Made by a program: the position numbers and the translations under genes. A DNA stretch of 64,000 nt from Lingula anatina. Taxonomy: Eukaryota > Animalia > Brachiopoda. The stretch's first letter is position 1. Every line of letters starts with the position of its first letter. Positions 25,514-37,456 of the stretch are shown one piece after another. The stretch lies in contig CM120643.1 in the NCBI GenBank assembly GCA_051362555.1, forward strand, positions 25,424,848 to 25,488,847, in the 5' to 3' direction. The notes under the pieces are model-generated. The model was not told the origin of the DNA. It saw only the letters and a program-made list of their open reading frames with translations, and did not search any database.

Positions 25514-28500
25514 ATGGGGTCTACTCTGCCGTGGGTGCCATGGGCACTGGTCATCGCAGGTCTGGTTTGGTTCGCGCTTGCGCAGGCGCAGCAGGACCCA
25601 CCAAACTCCTGCATCCCCCGGGAGAGATACCTCAGAATTCCTGGTGATGCTTACATAACGGCACTCCTAGACATACACCACCCAGACCCGGGGAGGCCGT
25701 GGAGGTGTGGCACGGGGGTGAACAAACGGGCCGTCTTAGAACTGGAGACAATGCTATGGGCAATAGATAGGATTAACACGGCTGGGTATTTTGGAGCCGG
25801 GAAACTAGGTGTGTTTTTAATCTCCGACCACCGGGCGTGCTAGTAGTCTGTTACAAAAACGTTGAAAAGTGGGATTTTGTACAGTATTTTAGTAGGGGTG
25901 TAATATCAGAGGGAATAGTATGTATTGTACACTCACATCACTTTCTTTCAGAGGACCTTCTAGCTGTGACTAAAATCTCAAAATTTGTTGAAGAATTTAT
26001 AAGAGCTTGAACAACTAAGAGCGAGTACACTTTAACAGTACCTAAGGGGGCGATTTCCCCTTTATTTTGTACATTCTAAACTTACTGACTGCTACAATAT
26101 TGCTATTAATTGATGACTGCCCAACACACATATGTCAATATTTTGTTTTGGAGAGTTGTGATATACATGATATTTATTGAAAATAAAAAATGTATTGGAA
26201 ACAACAAACACGCAATGTGTAGAATTTCTAACTAATTGACAACGAACTCATTCCACCGTTTTACAGTCTAAATTAAAACAGGTTTCAAACGGCGGGCATT
26301 ATTCTTCAAACATATCAAGGCTGTTAAGTTGCAAGTTTGAGACGTGTACTGTCTCACATCCCTCACACACAGTAACTGACGTGAAACAACACCTTAGTCT
26401 AACTGGCGAGATAAAAATACTCTAAAAATTACCCAACATGTCTCACTTACAGGTTTGGAGGTATACGATACATGTGGATTGAAGAATGATGCCGTACAGT
26501 TTGCCAGTGACAAGCTCTCATTTCTGTACGACTGCACGACCTCCTGTACTGCGAACGGCACTTTTCTGGGCCTGATAGGACCATCCAACTGTGATGCAGC
26601 CGACGCCGTGGCCACATTAATGAAGGGAAGAAATGTCACACAGGTGTTGACGTCAGAGTGCTCAAAACAATACGTCACAAGTGACGTCACAGCATACCCT
26701 TCTCTTTTCCGGACATTTCAACGACCTAAAACAAGGAACGAAGTGAGTTCGCTCATAAGTGAATGATAATATGCATGTACTCTTAATTGTGTGTATAGAT
26801 GCGTGTGCTAGTTTTTTAAAGTGATAATTAAATTTAGAATGAACTCTCACAAGTGAAAGACCAGTGTTTGGTTATAATCATGATATAGATCATTCTAAAG
26901 GTTTACCTATAATGATAGATAAATAAATAAACTCATATATCCTAAGAAATAGAAACGTTTTTCTTTCAGGCCCTGTTAGCATTGGTGAAGGACCTTCAGT
27001 GGTCCTTAGTAGGTGCAGTTTACACCAAAAGCCAGGAGTCCGTAGAACAATTCCAGGAATTCAAAGAAATGGCCAATAAAAATGGCATATGCATTGGTCA
27101 CTCGGAACCCGTCTTTCCTTCCATGAACATGAATAGTTTGGCACAGTGGGCGGCTGAAGAATATTTCGACTTGGGTTCAGCGACGGGCGCCAACATGGGA
27201 GTCGTGTACTTTGGAGACAATGAAATGTTAGTGGATTTATTTACTGAAATACAAACCAGAAACTTAAACAGAGATTTGAAGAATTTACACTGGATTCTGT
27301 CCACGGATCAGTTTTCTTCAAAAGAACTGTCAGATATAGAGAGTTATGGAGAAGGAGCTATTGTTGTATCAACCAAGTCTTTTTCTTTACAGCAAGTGAC
27401 TGAATTTATTACCAAACGCATCAACGAAGGAGCTGTTGCAACGCCAGAAAATCCCTGGCTTAAAAATCTCACTACTTCTGATGTGGTAATTAGCGAAACG
27501 ATGGTGCCATCGTTAGACGCTATATATTTGTATGCTAAAACATTAAAGGAGACGGGGGCTAGTCTCTGCTCTTCAAATAGTGGGAACATATGCCCAGAAG
27601 TTAACTACAATAGCATACGACAGCGCTTTGAAAACATACGTGTATTATATACCGACCTAGGTGACATGGCACCAAATGATTTTGTGTCCACTGGTAGGAA
27701 TATATCGTTCCAGTATGACCACCATTTACGAAGTTTAACAAACGATTCTCAACAACAGCTGCAACAGAATTATTTTCTTCTTGCGCAAAACTCTCCCCAG
27801 AATCCAAAACTTATTGGGAATTTCACCGAAGAGGGAGGATTCTACCTTGATAATTCAGAACTTACAATCAGAACTTCATCCTGTGCAAGTATATGCACCA
27901 ATTGTATTCAACAGGTGCGGCGAGATTACGACTTTTTCGTCAAAGAAGGGGATGTTTATATTTTAGCCTTGATGAAGCTACACAACAGAGCAAAAGACCC
28001 TTCGGACAAATATGGGTGCGGAGAGTACGATACCGTCTCCAACCCTTACCCTCAAGTGGAAGCTCTGCTCTTCGCTTTGGAAGAAATGTCCAACAAGACG
28101 GGGATCAACTTCGGGGCGATCGTGTATGACGCATGTGACAGTTCTGTCAGACTGACGAATATGCTTGGAAACTTTTTCAACAATGAGACGGGAGACCCAC
28201 ATTTTGCGTTGACCGTCAAGGGGAAGCCGCTGGACATCAACAAAGTCGTTGGGTGTATTGGCGCCTTCACGAGCACGGACACACTGACCGCTGCAGCGTT
28301 CTTGACTCATATGAAGCGTATTTTGGTGAGTTGAGGCGCATCATTAAAACCTTTATTTTGTTTCTAGATTAATAAAGTCGCCTGTGCCAAATACTGGTAC
28401 TGTTAACGTTGATGTAACGAGGAATTACTTTCAACCGATGTGATATGTTGGCAAAATATGCAATGAGTGTAAAACTGCTTCTACATAAAACAAGTGGGCA

Positions 28501-29955
28501 GAATTTTGCATTAAATGCTTATGAAAATCAAACTTGCTTTAAAGTCACTAGAACTTCAGAAAAGATCTCATTAATGCACTTTCACTATTGGTTCACTGAA
28601 AATGAAGATAACTTGTTGACTTTTTGCAGTCAATTGGTTTACGGCTGCAGTGACTGGTTTACATAATCAAGTATTGTAAACCACACAAAATTCAACAATT
28701 TATGTGACTTCATATTGATTTTTATGTGCCACAGGTCAGCTACTCCGCATCCAGTACCCTCTTAGACGACAGAAAGCGATTCCCATACTTCCTACGAACT
28801 CTACCATCTGACAGCAAGCAAGCTAAAGCCATTCTAGATATCATCAAACATTTAAAATCTAATTACGTGCATCTCGTGCATGTAGACAACGACTACGGAC
28901 GCACGGGGGCCTCTGCGTTCAAAGACCTTGCCCAAGAGAATGGTATTTGTATAACTCAGTCTACTCCCAAAATCCTTGACTTAGACGGGGGAAATGCCAT
29001 TGGGATCGCTGGGCAATTATTAGACTCAAACGATGCCAATATTGTTGTATTCTTTGGTGAAGATGATCACGCCATTAATTTTCTGTCCGGACTTAAGCAA
29101 GTCACAAGGGACATTATGAGACAATTTGTGTTCATTTTCTCCGAAGCCATCGCAGACGGGGAAGCCGAAATTCGGCGACAATTCCCTGATCTTGTATTAG
29201 GCTCCATATCGCTAAACGTGGACAATCAGCACAGGTGGCACACGTCATTTTACAACTACCTTTCCAAAAAGACTCCCGACTTCTCAGCTAACCCAATGTG
29301 GTTTAACGAATTCTGGGAACATAATTTTCAATGTAGTCTTGACAGCAGTTTCTCTAAAGACCGTAGTCTTTGTATGGGCAATGAACGCATTGCTAAAGCA
29401 TCGGTGCTGACAGGAAATCCATGGGTTCCGCCAATTATAACCGCGGCGCTGGCGCTGACGCAGGGACTGTCCGAGCTTCAGTGCCTTACCCCCCTCTCAA
29501 AGTGCGCCGTAGAGGACATAGTATCCAGCGTCGCGGGCACGACGCTGCAGTCTGAACAGGCCACGTCCTTCAGGCCGTTTGACGACAATGGGAATGGACT
29601 CATCGGATACAAAATATTTAGCTTTCAGAAAAACTCAAGTGGAACCATATACAAAGAGGTTAGTGAATTATTTGTGAATGTTACTTTTTTGTTGTACAGA
29701 TAAACCTAATTGTGATATTTTTGGATATTGATTTTCATTATCTACATTTTTTTTATTTATTTAAACAATCAAGAGGCGAATTCCAGACGTACGCAATTAC
29801 ACTGGTCCTTTGACAATGGGAAAACAATCACGTTTTTTATCATCTGACAAATAAATGTATTTCGCAACCTTCGATGTTGAATATTGGGATATGTCCATTG
29901 GAGTGGATTGTTGTATGTAATGTTAGCTCTTGCAGTGAGTACGTGAACATGCAAG

Positions 29956-30001
<46 letters not shown>

Positions 30002-32037
30002 CGCGCGCGTGCGTGTGTGTTAGTGTGTTTGTCAAGGTATTCATAAGAAGATCCTCATAATAAATTCACAGGTGGTTATTGTATTTACATTATCCGAAAT
30101 TTTGAACCAATGAAAATTGTATTTACATTAACCGAACTTATGAACCAATGAAAATATGTTCGTGAGAGAACAGTTTCATTAGCTCTGTATGTATCAATTT
30201 AAATTATTGTTTTTCTTTTTATCAAGAGCTTATAAAATATGTGGGTATTACCTCCAATATTTCTGTGACTGTCAGTCACCATCATCAGGGAGTAAATGAC
30301 TAGGGTCATTTCACCTGGAATGAAAATCCAGGTCAATTGCCCCTAATCACTGGCCAGAAATATTGGAGGTAATACCCACATATTTTATAAGCTCTTGGTA
30401 AAAAGAAAAACAATAATTTAAAAAATATGTTCGGTTGTAAAATAATGAATGTTCATTACAGGTTGGTTCTATATCCCCCAATGGCTCACTAGTTGGTCTC
30501 GAGGACAACGTATTTTACGCCAAAAATGGTGACGTCATCAGAGACTTCCAATCCACTTGTCAGGGAGCGGTGAAAGGCTGTGACTTTTGCGTAGTGAATG
30601 ATGGAGAGAAAGAAGAAGGACAAGAGGGTCTCGTTACGGCTCTGGTACTGGTGTCTGTGGTGCTTGCAGTAGGCCTCGTGGCTGTGGCTGTGTTTTTGTA
30701 TACTCGGTACAAAAACGGTAAGTAGGCCTACCTCTAAAGTACAGGGGTGATGCATTGTTTTTCACGTATAAGTGATGACAATAAGAATTACTAATTTAAA
30801 AGTCAGTAACACACTAATAAAATTAATGTAAGTACTTTGAGAAAATTTAAGAAAAATTGATAAAACATTTGAAATCTTTGTTTCAAATATGAGATGATTA
30901 TATATATGTAGTCACTTTTAAAATATCATAATAAAGATTTTATTTGGCGAAAAAATTGGTTTCACCAGCTGTTATCTTATTTCTTTTTCAGACAACTGCC
31001 AAGTGATAGCAAGGAGTTGTCTGGTCATCCATCGCCCAACATCCTCATCCTTCAAACAAAATGGTGTCCTTCACAACGAGACTCAATCGCAAACTCCCAT
31101 CCAAACGACAACACAAGATGACGCCGATATAGACTCCATCTACACGACGCCCGTGTCCGATAATTTCAATCGACTGGGTTTATTTTTTGGCCTTACTTCC
31201 AGCAGCGTGGACGGGAGCACAAGGAGTGCTGATTCTGACGTGGGTGCTGCCAATTACGGCCCTCCCCTACCAAAACGCAATAGCGAAAATGGCGGGCGGG
31301 GCCGAGCAAGCACTATGCCTTCAAGGTCGATCTCCTTGCCGCCAAAAGCGATGCGATCGTCTGCCGATGATTCCGAAGTTGAATCAGAACCTGCGTATTT
31401 ACAGATGAACAGATCGGAACCGGGATTTCCCATCAAACGCCAGCGTCCGTCAGCAAGAGATCCCCTGTCAGGTCTTGCCACTTTACCTAGAAATAACAGA
31501 AACAGACATCTTCAAAGAAATACTCCAGACCGGGATAGTTTAGAGATGTATCGCCATTCTGAAAGTGTCCATTATCACTCCTCTCCCTTGATTGACCAAT
31601 CACCGCCGGTCTCTCAACAGAAAAGTCGTCCATCAGACTCGGAACCGGTTCAGTACAGTACCTTGTCCATTCCCAGCACAAACGCGTACACTTCACCCCC
31701 GCGCGCCAGCGCACCAAGACCTACAGCTCTCTACTACCCGTCAAGTGATCGTCATCACACGTCCGGGGAGTCTGGCTCAAGCGGGCGTCTGTCCCCCATT
31801 CTTCCTAAACCCCAAGGGAACGCTGCCGTACCGTCACACTATGACCCGTACCCGTATTCGTATGTTAACAATGCCTATAGCCCAGAGCCCGCGCCTCAGG
31901 GGGACGACGGAAGTAAAAGCATTAGTTCCGTCATGCAGTATGAGAATCCGACTCCGAATTTACGTCGTCACGCGGCCGGCATGATACCAAACTGGTTGGA
32001 GTCGCAAACTGATGGACTCAGGTCCAAATATGTGTGA
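25514..32037 (+). CDS. Single-pass membrane protein with two tandem mGluR/class C GPCR-like Venus flytrap (ANF_receptor-type) domains and a Tyr-rich cytoplasmic tail, ~1388 aa
   Basis: Exons 25514-25808, 26453-26742, 26970-28325, 28735-29658, 30462-30717, 30992-32037 = 4167 nt, phases consistent. Signal peptide; VFT1 motifs PGDAYITALLDIH, LETMLWAIDRIN, LGLEVYDTC, LKDLQWSLVG-like, KNGICIG, ENPWL; VFT2 motifs EGDVYILALMKLH, VEALLFALEEM, FGAIVYDAC, VVGCIGAFTS, VSYSASSTLLDDRKRFPYFLRTLPSDSKQAKAI, DYGRTG, NPMWFNEFWEHNFQC, FDDNGNG; one TM helix; C-terminus SKYV. Confidence 0.85.
29959..30020. repeat. (GT)n microsatellite
   Basis: Direct read. Confidence 0.9.
30198..30423. mobile_element. Foldback/MITE-like element with ~68-bp terminal inverted repeats
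   Basis: tttaaattattgtttttcttttt.tcaagagcttataaaatatgtgggtattacctccaatatttctg is mirrored at the right end with 1 mismatch. Confidence 0.8.
30462..30717 (+). CDS. Transmembrane exon of the tandem-VFT receptor (absent from the ORF track)
   Basis: VGSISPNGSLVGLEDNVFYAKNGDVIRDFQSTCQGAVKGCDFCVVNDGEKEEGQEG-LVTALVLVSVVLAVGLVAVAVFLY-TRYKN; acceptor ttacag, donor gtaagt. Confidence 0.85.
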
Positions 32038-33517
32038 TATGCATACATATACCAGTACAAGGCAGCGTAAGCGTTTAGCTGCGAGCTCAGCTATCGACTT
32101 CTCAAGTCTGGTAGTCCAGTATGTTCCTAGCGTTTTCAGAGACGTAAGGAGGATATTAAACGATTTTCTAAGTTAGCGAAGGAGTGGCAGTGACCCAGTG
32201 GCGAGAAACTTGCGAAGCTGGCAGCGAAGCTGGTATCTCATATTGTGAACTGGACACGTGGTAATATCTTTATCATTGTGTACTTATCATGTGAAAATAT
32301 GTACATCTTCATGTATCATCTAAAACAGAAATATTTATCATGGACGATTTAAGTTTGTAATAAGCACACTTAATGTTCTTATTTAATGGTACGAAACTCT
32401 TTAAAAAAAGTATATGCTATTCTGTTAATGTATTCCACCAAACGTGTGAATCACTGTTTCTTTTATTTGCTCAATGATTAGCTCATCTGCATGTTCTTAA
32501 ATCCTTCTTGGATACAGTTTTTTTTAAATGTAAGCAACTATAGAATGGGTGTTAGTGCAGCATACAGAAATTCGAGCGTGTATGTTCACCCTACGTGCAG
32601 CTGTCAACTGGGACTGTCACTGCTATTACCTCTGCCATTTATTAAGTGATCGATATCATTGTTATTTGTGGTTTTTTTTTTTTTTTTGGTCTTTAGTAAT
32701 TTTCAAATTCATTTGTTTTTAACGCAAAGTCTCTTGAAGAACGTAAGACACGAACATGTCGAAATTGATGAAGTGTGAAAAGATACAGCATAATATTGTT
32801 TATTATTTTGTTCTTATACGCTGTGTTTATTTTTGTTGAAAATCACGTAATGATTTTTTTCCATTTTCCATTTATTTAGGTTAATTTCACCTCACTTCAC
32901 AATGCTTGCTGAGGCATTTGGCAAGAAATCTTGTGCACGTGCGTCCACTGTGTGGGCGTGCGCATGCGTGCACGTAGAACACGCGTGTTTGTATATGGTT
33001 ACCTATATATATGTATATATCTCATAATTTATATTATATACAACGGGAATATCATGATATGATGTGATGTATAGTGTAAAATATAGACAATATTTTGATG
33101 AATTATGAGCGTGTCATTTTTCATTTGACCCAAAAATGCCTGGTAACGCGTTTGAAATGATCTTATGAGTAATTTATGTTGAAGCTGGAGGTTTAGCATT
33201 TCATTGCGTTTTACAAGCGTGATATACTGGACTTATTTTTAAATAATGTAGAAAGACGGCCTCCTGCGAGGATCAAATATGATCGACTCACTTGACAGCT
33301 TGCCGCACAACCCTCTGATAGACAATGAAAAGATTCCTCGTGAGGAATACGCGACAAGCATTCAAGTGGGTCGGTCGTGTTTGATCCGTGGATCTGTTAC
33401 TCCGCTTTTTTAAATGTGACCTAAGCGTAACGGAGTTTTGACTATTGCTGACAAAAATCAACGGCACTGTCTGACTTGAAGAAATATTACTTTTTAGTGA
33501 TTTAACTATTATGTACG

Positions 33518-35297
33518 CAGTGGCGGATTTAGAGGGGGGGTCAGGGGGGTCATGGGGTTGCTAAAACTAAAACTCAGATATTAAAGTGCTCGTATACATG
33601 ATGAACTTTAACAACGTTGATCATAATACCATGTTCGCAGACTGGCGATGCACAGGATGAAATACATATGTACGGCTCACGGCCTATTGATTGTTATGGC
33701 AGACATATACATGTACAGCGAATCTGGCTCTCTCTGTAAGAAAGTAGAAAGTTACCATTTGACCCGTATCCTTCCATCGAAGATTCGCTGGTTCCGTGGT
33801 AACTCCGCCGGCTTGTAGACACGTGGGTTAAAATCCCAAGACTATCAATGCAATTTGTCTTTTTGCTGGAAATAATTTCTAAAAATTGCGTTTGATTTCG
33901 ATGATTGTACCTTGTTCGCCGACTGGCGATGTAGGGGATGAAATACATATGTACGGCTCACGGTCTGTTGATTGTTGTGGCAGACATATACCTGTAAAAA
34001 GTAGAAAGTTAACGTTTGATGCATAATCTACCAACGAAGCTACTCTAGCTCCGTGACGTGGTAATTTCGCCGTGTTGAGTACAACTAGACGCTGACACGA
34101 GGGTTCGAATCCTAAGACTCTCAAGGTAATCATTTTTTGCTGGAAATAATTTCTAAAAGTTCCGATTGATTATTATAAGAGGAAACCCGGGGTCAGACAC
34201 GGAGCGGTCGGTAGCGTGCTTGGATGCAAAAAAAAAAAAACCAAACCGTCTGCAAACCATGATTACGTCAAGTCACGAGTTCAAATCCCAGGTAGCGCTG
34301 TCAGTTCACCATAACAACTAGCTGGACCCGCAACAGAAAACGAATGCCGGCCCTTGTGTGTCCTAGCAAATTACCTTTTGCATAAACGTCCGGTATAGTG
34401 TTGTCTTAGACGAAATTTGATGCTTAATATAATATAAATTTGACAATCATTTTTTTCTACAACAATTATTTAGGTCGATAAAATGACACTTTTCAAAATG
34501 GCAGCCAAAACGGCCAAACTAGAGTTTGATCAACAACAATTAAAGGTACTATAGTGTGTTATATGTCTTTTCTAGTGTTTTAGGGGTTGTAGAATCCATT
34601 TCTGATGTTAATACTGAGATTGGTACATTTTACAGTGAGTTCAGTTACCATATGAGCTGACCTTTAACTGTCAAGCTAGACTGAAGTGCCAGAATGGAGA
34701 CAATGCACCACCTCAGTAATCTTGATCAATCAAAATGAGGAGTGATAAGATTTCCCCAACATCTGTTGGATGGGAATTCTAATGAAGAATCAATTATCCT
34801 TGCCAAAAAGTAAATTTATATTTTAAAACTATTACAGTTGGATAGATGATTCACCTTTGTTCTACATGTAAACAGCCGTAAGTAATCCCTGTCTTAAGCT
34901 GAGGCCAGCAAAAAAGAAGTCGCCTAAAGCATACTCATAGCTCAAATTTCTCATCAGAAATGGACTTTTTGACCCATTTTGCCTCTAAAATCACCTGTTC
35001 TTCAAGAGATTCTCAAGAGATTTCTAAAAAAAGTTATTATTTACACTACCCTATTAATATCTCGTCAAAACTGGATAAGGTGGTTGAACTGATTATAAAA
35101 AAAAAAAGAAATATATCAAAACTCTATTTCGCACAATACCATCGATGACATGCACACCCAATCACATTTTGAAGGCTTTGGTCTGCAATTGCGTTAGGAG
35201 TGACAGAAAGTGCTTAACACATTCCATCACTGAGTACTCCACCTTTGGTGTTTGGGATATTTGGAGGGGTGGTGGAACGAAACAGATGAATCGCCTA

Positions 35298-35334
<37 letters not shown>

Positions 35335-35971
35335 TTGAAATTGCCATACCACAGATACATTTAGGCTTATATGATTTTGACAAAGAAAAACCTTTTTTAT
35401 CCATTTCTAATATCGGACCCTTTGTATAATCCAAAATAGAGGGTCCCATTGGGAGGGGGTATTGATCACAGTTCATGGAAAATAAAATCAATTCACAAAT
35501 CACAGTAAATAAAACTTGATTCATATCTCAATGATAGGCCTTATAATGCGCGTCGAAAATCCTGAAAATCACGCGCCACTGCTGGGTACAACGACTTCTC
35601 TTCGAATTCACGCCGCATTTGCGAGTCATACGGGAATGGGGTGCTTCATGCTAAATAAAATGAACATATTTGACGAATTACCTGTAAGAATCCGGTAAAG
35701 TGGCGCGGTTAACAGTGTCGGGGTGTGTCAAGGGGGTCCTGACCGCCTTCGATTTCTAAGAAAAATCACACCAATGGTCCCCTATTGAAATTAGAATATG
35801 ACTAACTGAATCATATTTCTAAACCGCACCAAGTGGCACCGTTCGCACTTTAAAATACCAAATTATTTTCCGACCCCTTTAGCAGGCCCCGGCCCCACGC
35901 CAAGGGGGGGGGGGGGGGGGGTCGACTTCGCATCCGCAGACCCCCCTTCAAAAATCCTGGATCCGCCCCTG
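33518..35971. mobile_element. Composite: hAT-like MITE ends (CAGTGGCGGAT...GATCCGCCCCTG) enclosing ~2.2 kb of nested repeats
   Basis: Matching termini; flanks atgtacg / atgtagg; the left-end motif gggtcaggggggtcatg appears to resume near 35725 as gtcaagggggtcctgacc. Confidence 0.5.
33630..34300 (+). mobile_element. Two ~280-bp tandem units plus a third fragment with tRNA-like A/B boxes (tRNA-derived SINE-like)
   Basis: gactggcgatg...gatgaaatacatatgtacggctcacgg repeated at ~33640 and ~33921; B-box-like GGGTTCGAATCC (~34101) and GAGTTCAAATCCC (~34277); no intact cloverleaf seen. Confidence 0.55.
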
Positions 35972-36680
35972 ATGTAGGCCTACATGTACATGTAGCCTAT
36001 GTAACAATAATAAAACGGTTTACAATTAGGCCTATATTTCACTCAAAAGTACCTCTGTCAGGGTGGCCTCTGTACGTTCGAGGTTTAAATTTATAATTCA
36101 AATTCAGTTTTGCTACCTAATATAATATCTCGTCAAACTGGTTTAGGTGGCTGAATAGATTAAAAGAAAGAAAGATAGCAAAACTCTATTTCGCGCAATA
36201 CAATCGATGACATGCGCACCCAATCACATTTTGAAGGTTTTGGTCTGCAATTGTGTTAGGAGTGACAGAAAGTGTCTTAACACATTCCATCACTCCATCC
36301 ACCTTTGGTGTTTGGGATATTTGGAGGGGGGAAGGTGTGGAGGGAAACAGATGAATCGCCAAAGTTTTCGTTTTATTTTCAAATTTGAAATTGCTATTCC
36401 ACTCATACATTTCTATAATTTTGACAAAGAAGAACCTATGTATCTTCTAATATGTATAGCCCTAAATGGAGGACAGAGGGTCCCATTGGGAGGGGGTATT
36501 GATTACAGTTCATGTGAAATAAAATCAATTCACAAATCACAGTAAATAAAACTTGATTCATATCTCACTGATAATGCGAGTCGAAAATCCTGAAAATCAC
36601 ACGGGTACAACGGCTTCACGCCGCATTCGCGAGTCACGGGGATGTGGTGCTTCATCTAATAAAATGAACATATTTGATGC
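35050..36680 (+). repeat. ~600-bp diverged direct duplication (about 35050-35675 and 36112-36680)
   Basis: Colinear matches from taatatctcgtcaaa through taaaatgaacatatttga; the two ORF-track peptides MTCTPNHILK/MTCAPNHILK reflect it. Confidence 0.9.
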
Positions 36681-37288
36681 TTGACTGATGATGCCTCAGA
36701 AAAAAATTATTTATCTAAGTTTATTATTGAGCGTAAACGCCAAACAGTTATTACATGCACAATAACGATGTAAATATTTCTATGCTCTAAGGGGCATGCG
36801 GCGACCTGAAGGTCACAGTGGAGGTGAAAGCGGCGCCAGAAATTGACAAGCAAAACAGGTACGCTCATTCGAGCACCTGGAACTGAGGTATGTAAGGTGC
36901 GCTTGAAATGAGCAGCATTTATTTTTCATTTTTCAGTGATGTAAGTAAGTGTGTTCGGTACCTAATGAGTGCAGTTTATGTACGGTGTGTGCTGCAGTAG
37001 CAGGGTAATGTTTTGGTGTTTCAATGCCAGCTCAGCTGATCAGTTCTATCAATGTGGTTGAAGTAATTGTTGGAATCGCCAACTCCGTGTGGATTCTACA
37101 ATGTATTTAATATATATTAATACTATCGTGCTTCTGCCATTCAGTCAGTTCGATTACAGGATTCCGAACCGGTGGAAATGAACTGTGATGGCAAAAAGCA
37201 TTAAGGCTTCAATACCGATACTGGCTGGCCGTATTCCACAGTGTAGTACATGTTGCACATTTGAAGCGTGCCAGTATGTTGTTCTTAT

Positions 37289-37456
37289 CAGGGGCGGATG
37301 TAGGCCGTCTTCTGGGTCTTCCAGAAGACGGTCAAATTTTCAAGTTTACATTGACGGGTATCTATCTTTTTCTGTCGGAAGACGGTCAAAAATGGAAGAT
37401 GGATCAACAAAGATAATTTGGAAGACTGTCAGAAAATAACTCTGGATCCGCCCCTG
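37289..37456 (+). mobile_element. 168-bp MITE, 5-bp TSD (copy 3)
   Basis: CAGGGGCGGAT...ATCCGCCCCTG, flanked by CTTAT on both sides. Confidence 0.92.

Noticed and set aside
34040-34300. Functional tRNA genes
   Set aside because: B-box-like motifs are present, but there is no acceptor stem or cloverleaf; one copy is interrupted by poly(A). Treated as SINE-like.
35145-36545. Paralogous small proteins MTCTPNHILK / MTCAPNHILK
   Set aside because: They come from a non-coding duplication with indels and poly(T); frames are not conserved.
36684-36704. Hammerhead ribozyme core (CTGATGA..GAAA)
   Set aside because: Stem II is only 2 bp and starts with a pyrimidine; no stem I/III or cleavage triplet found.
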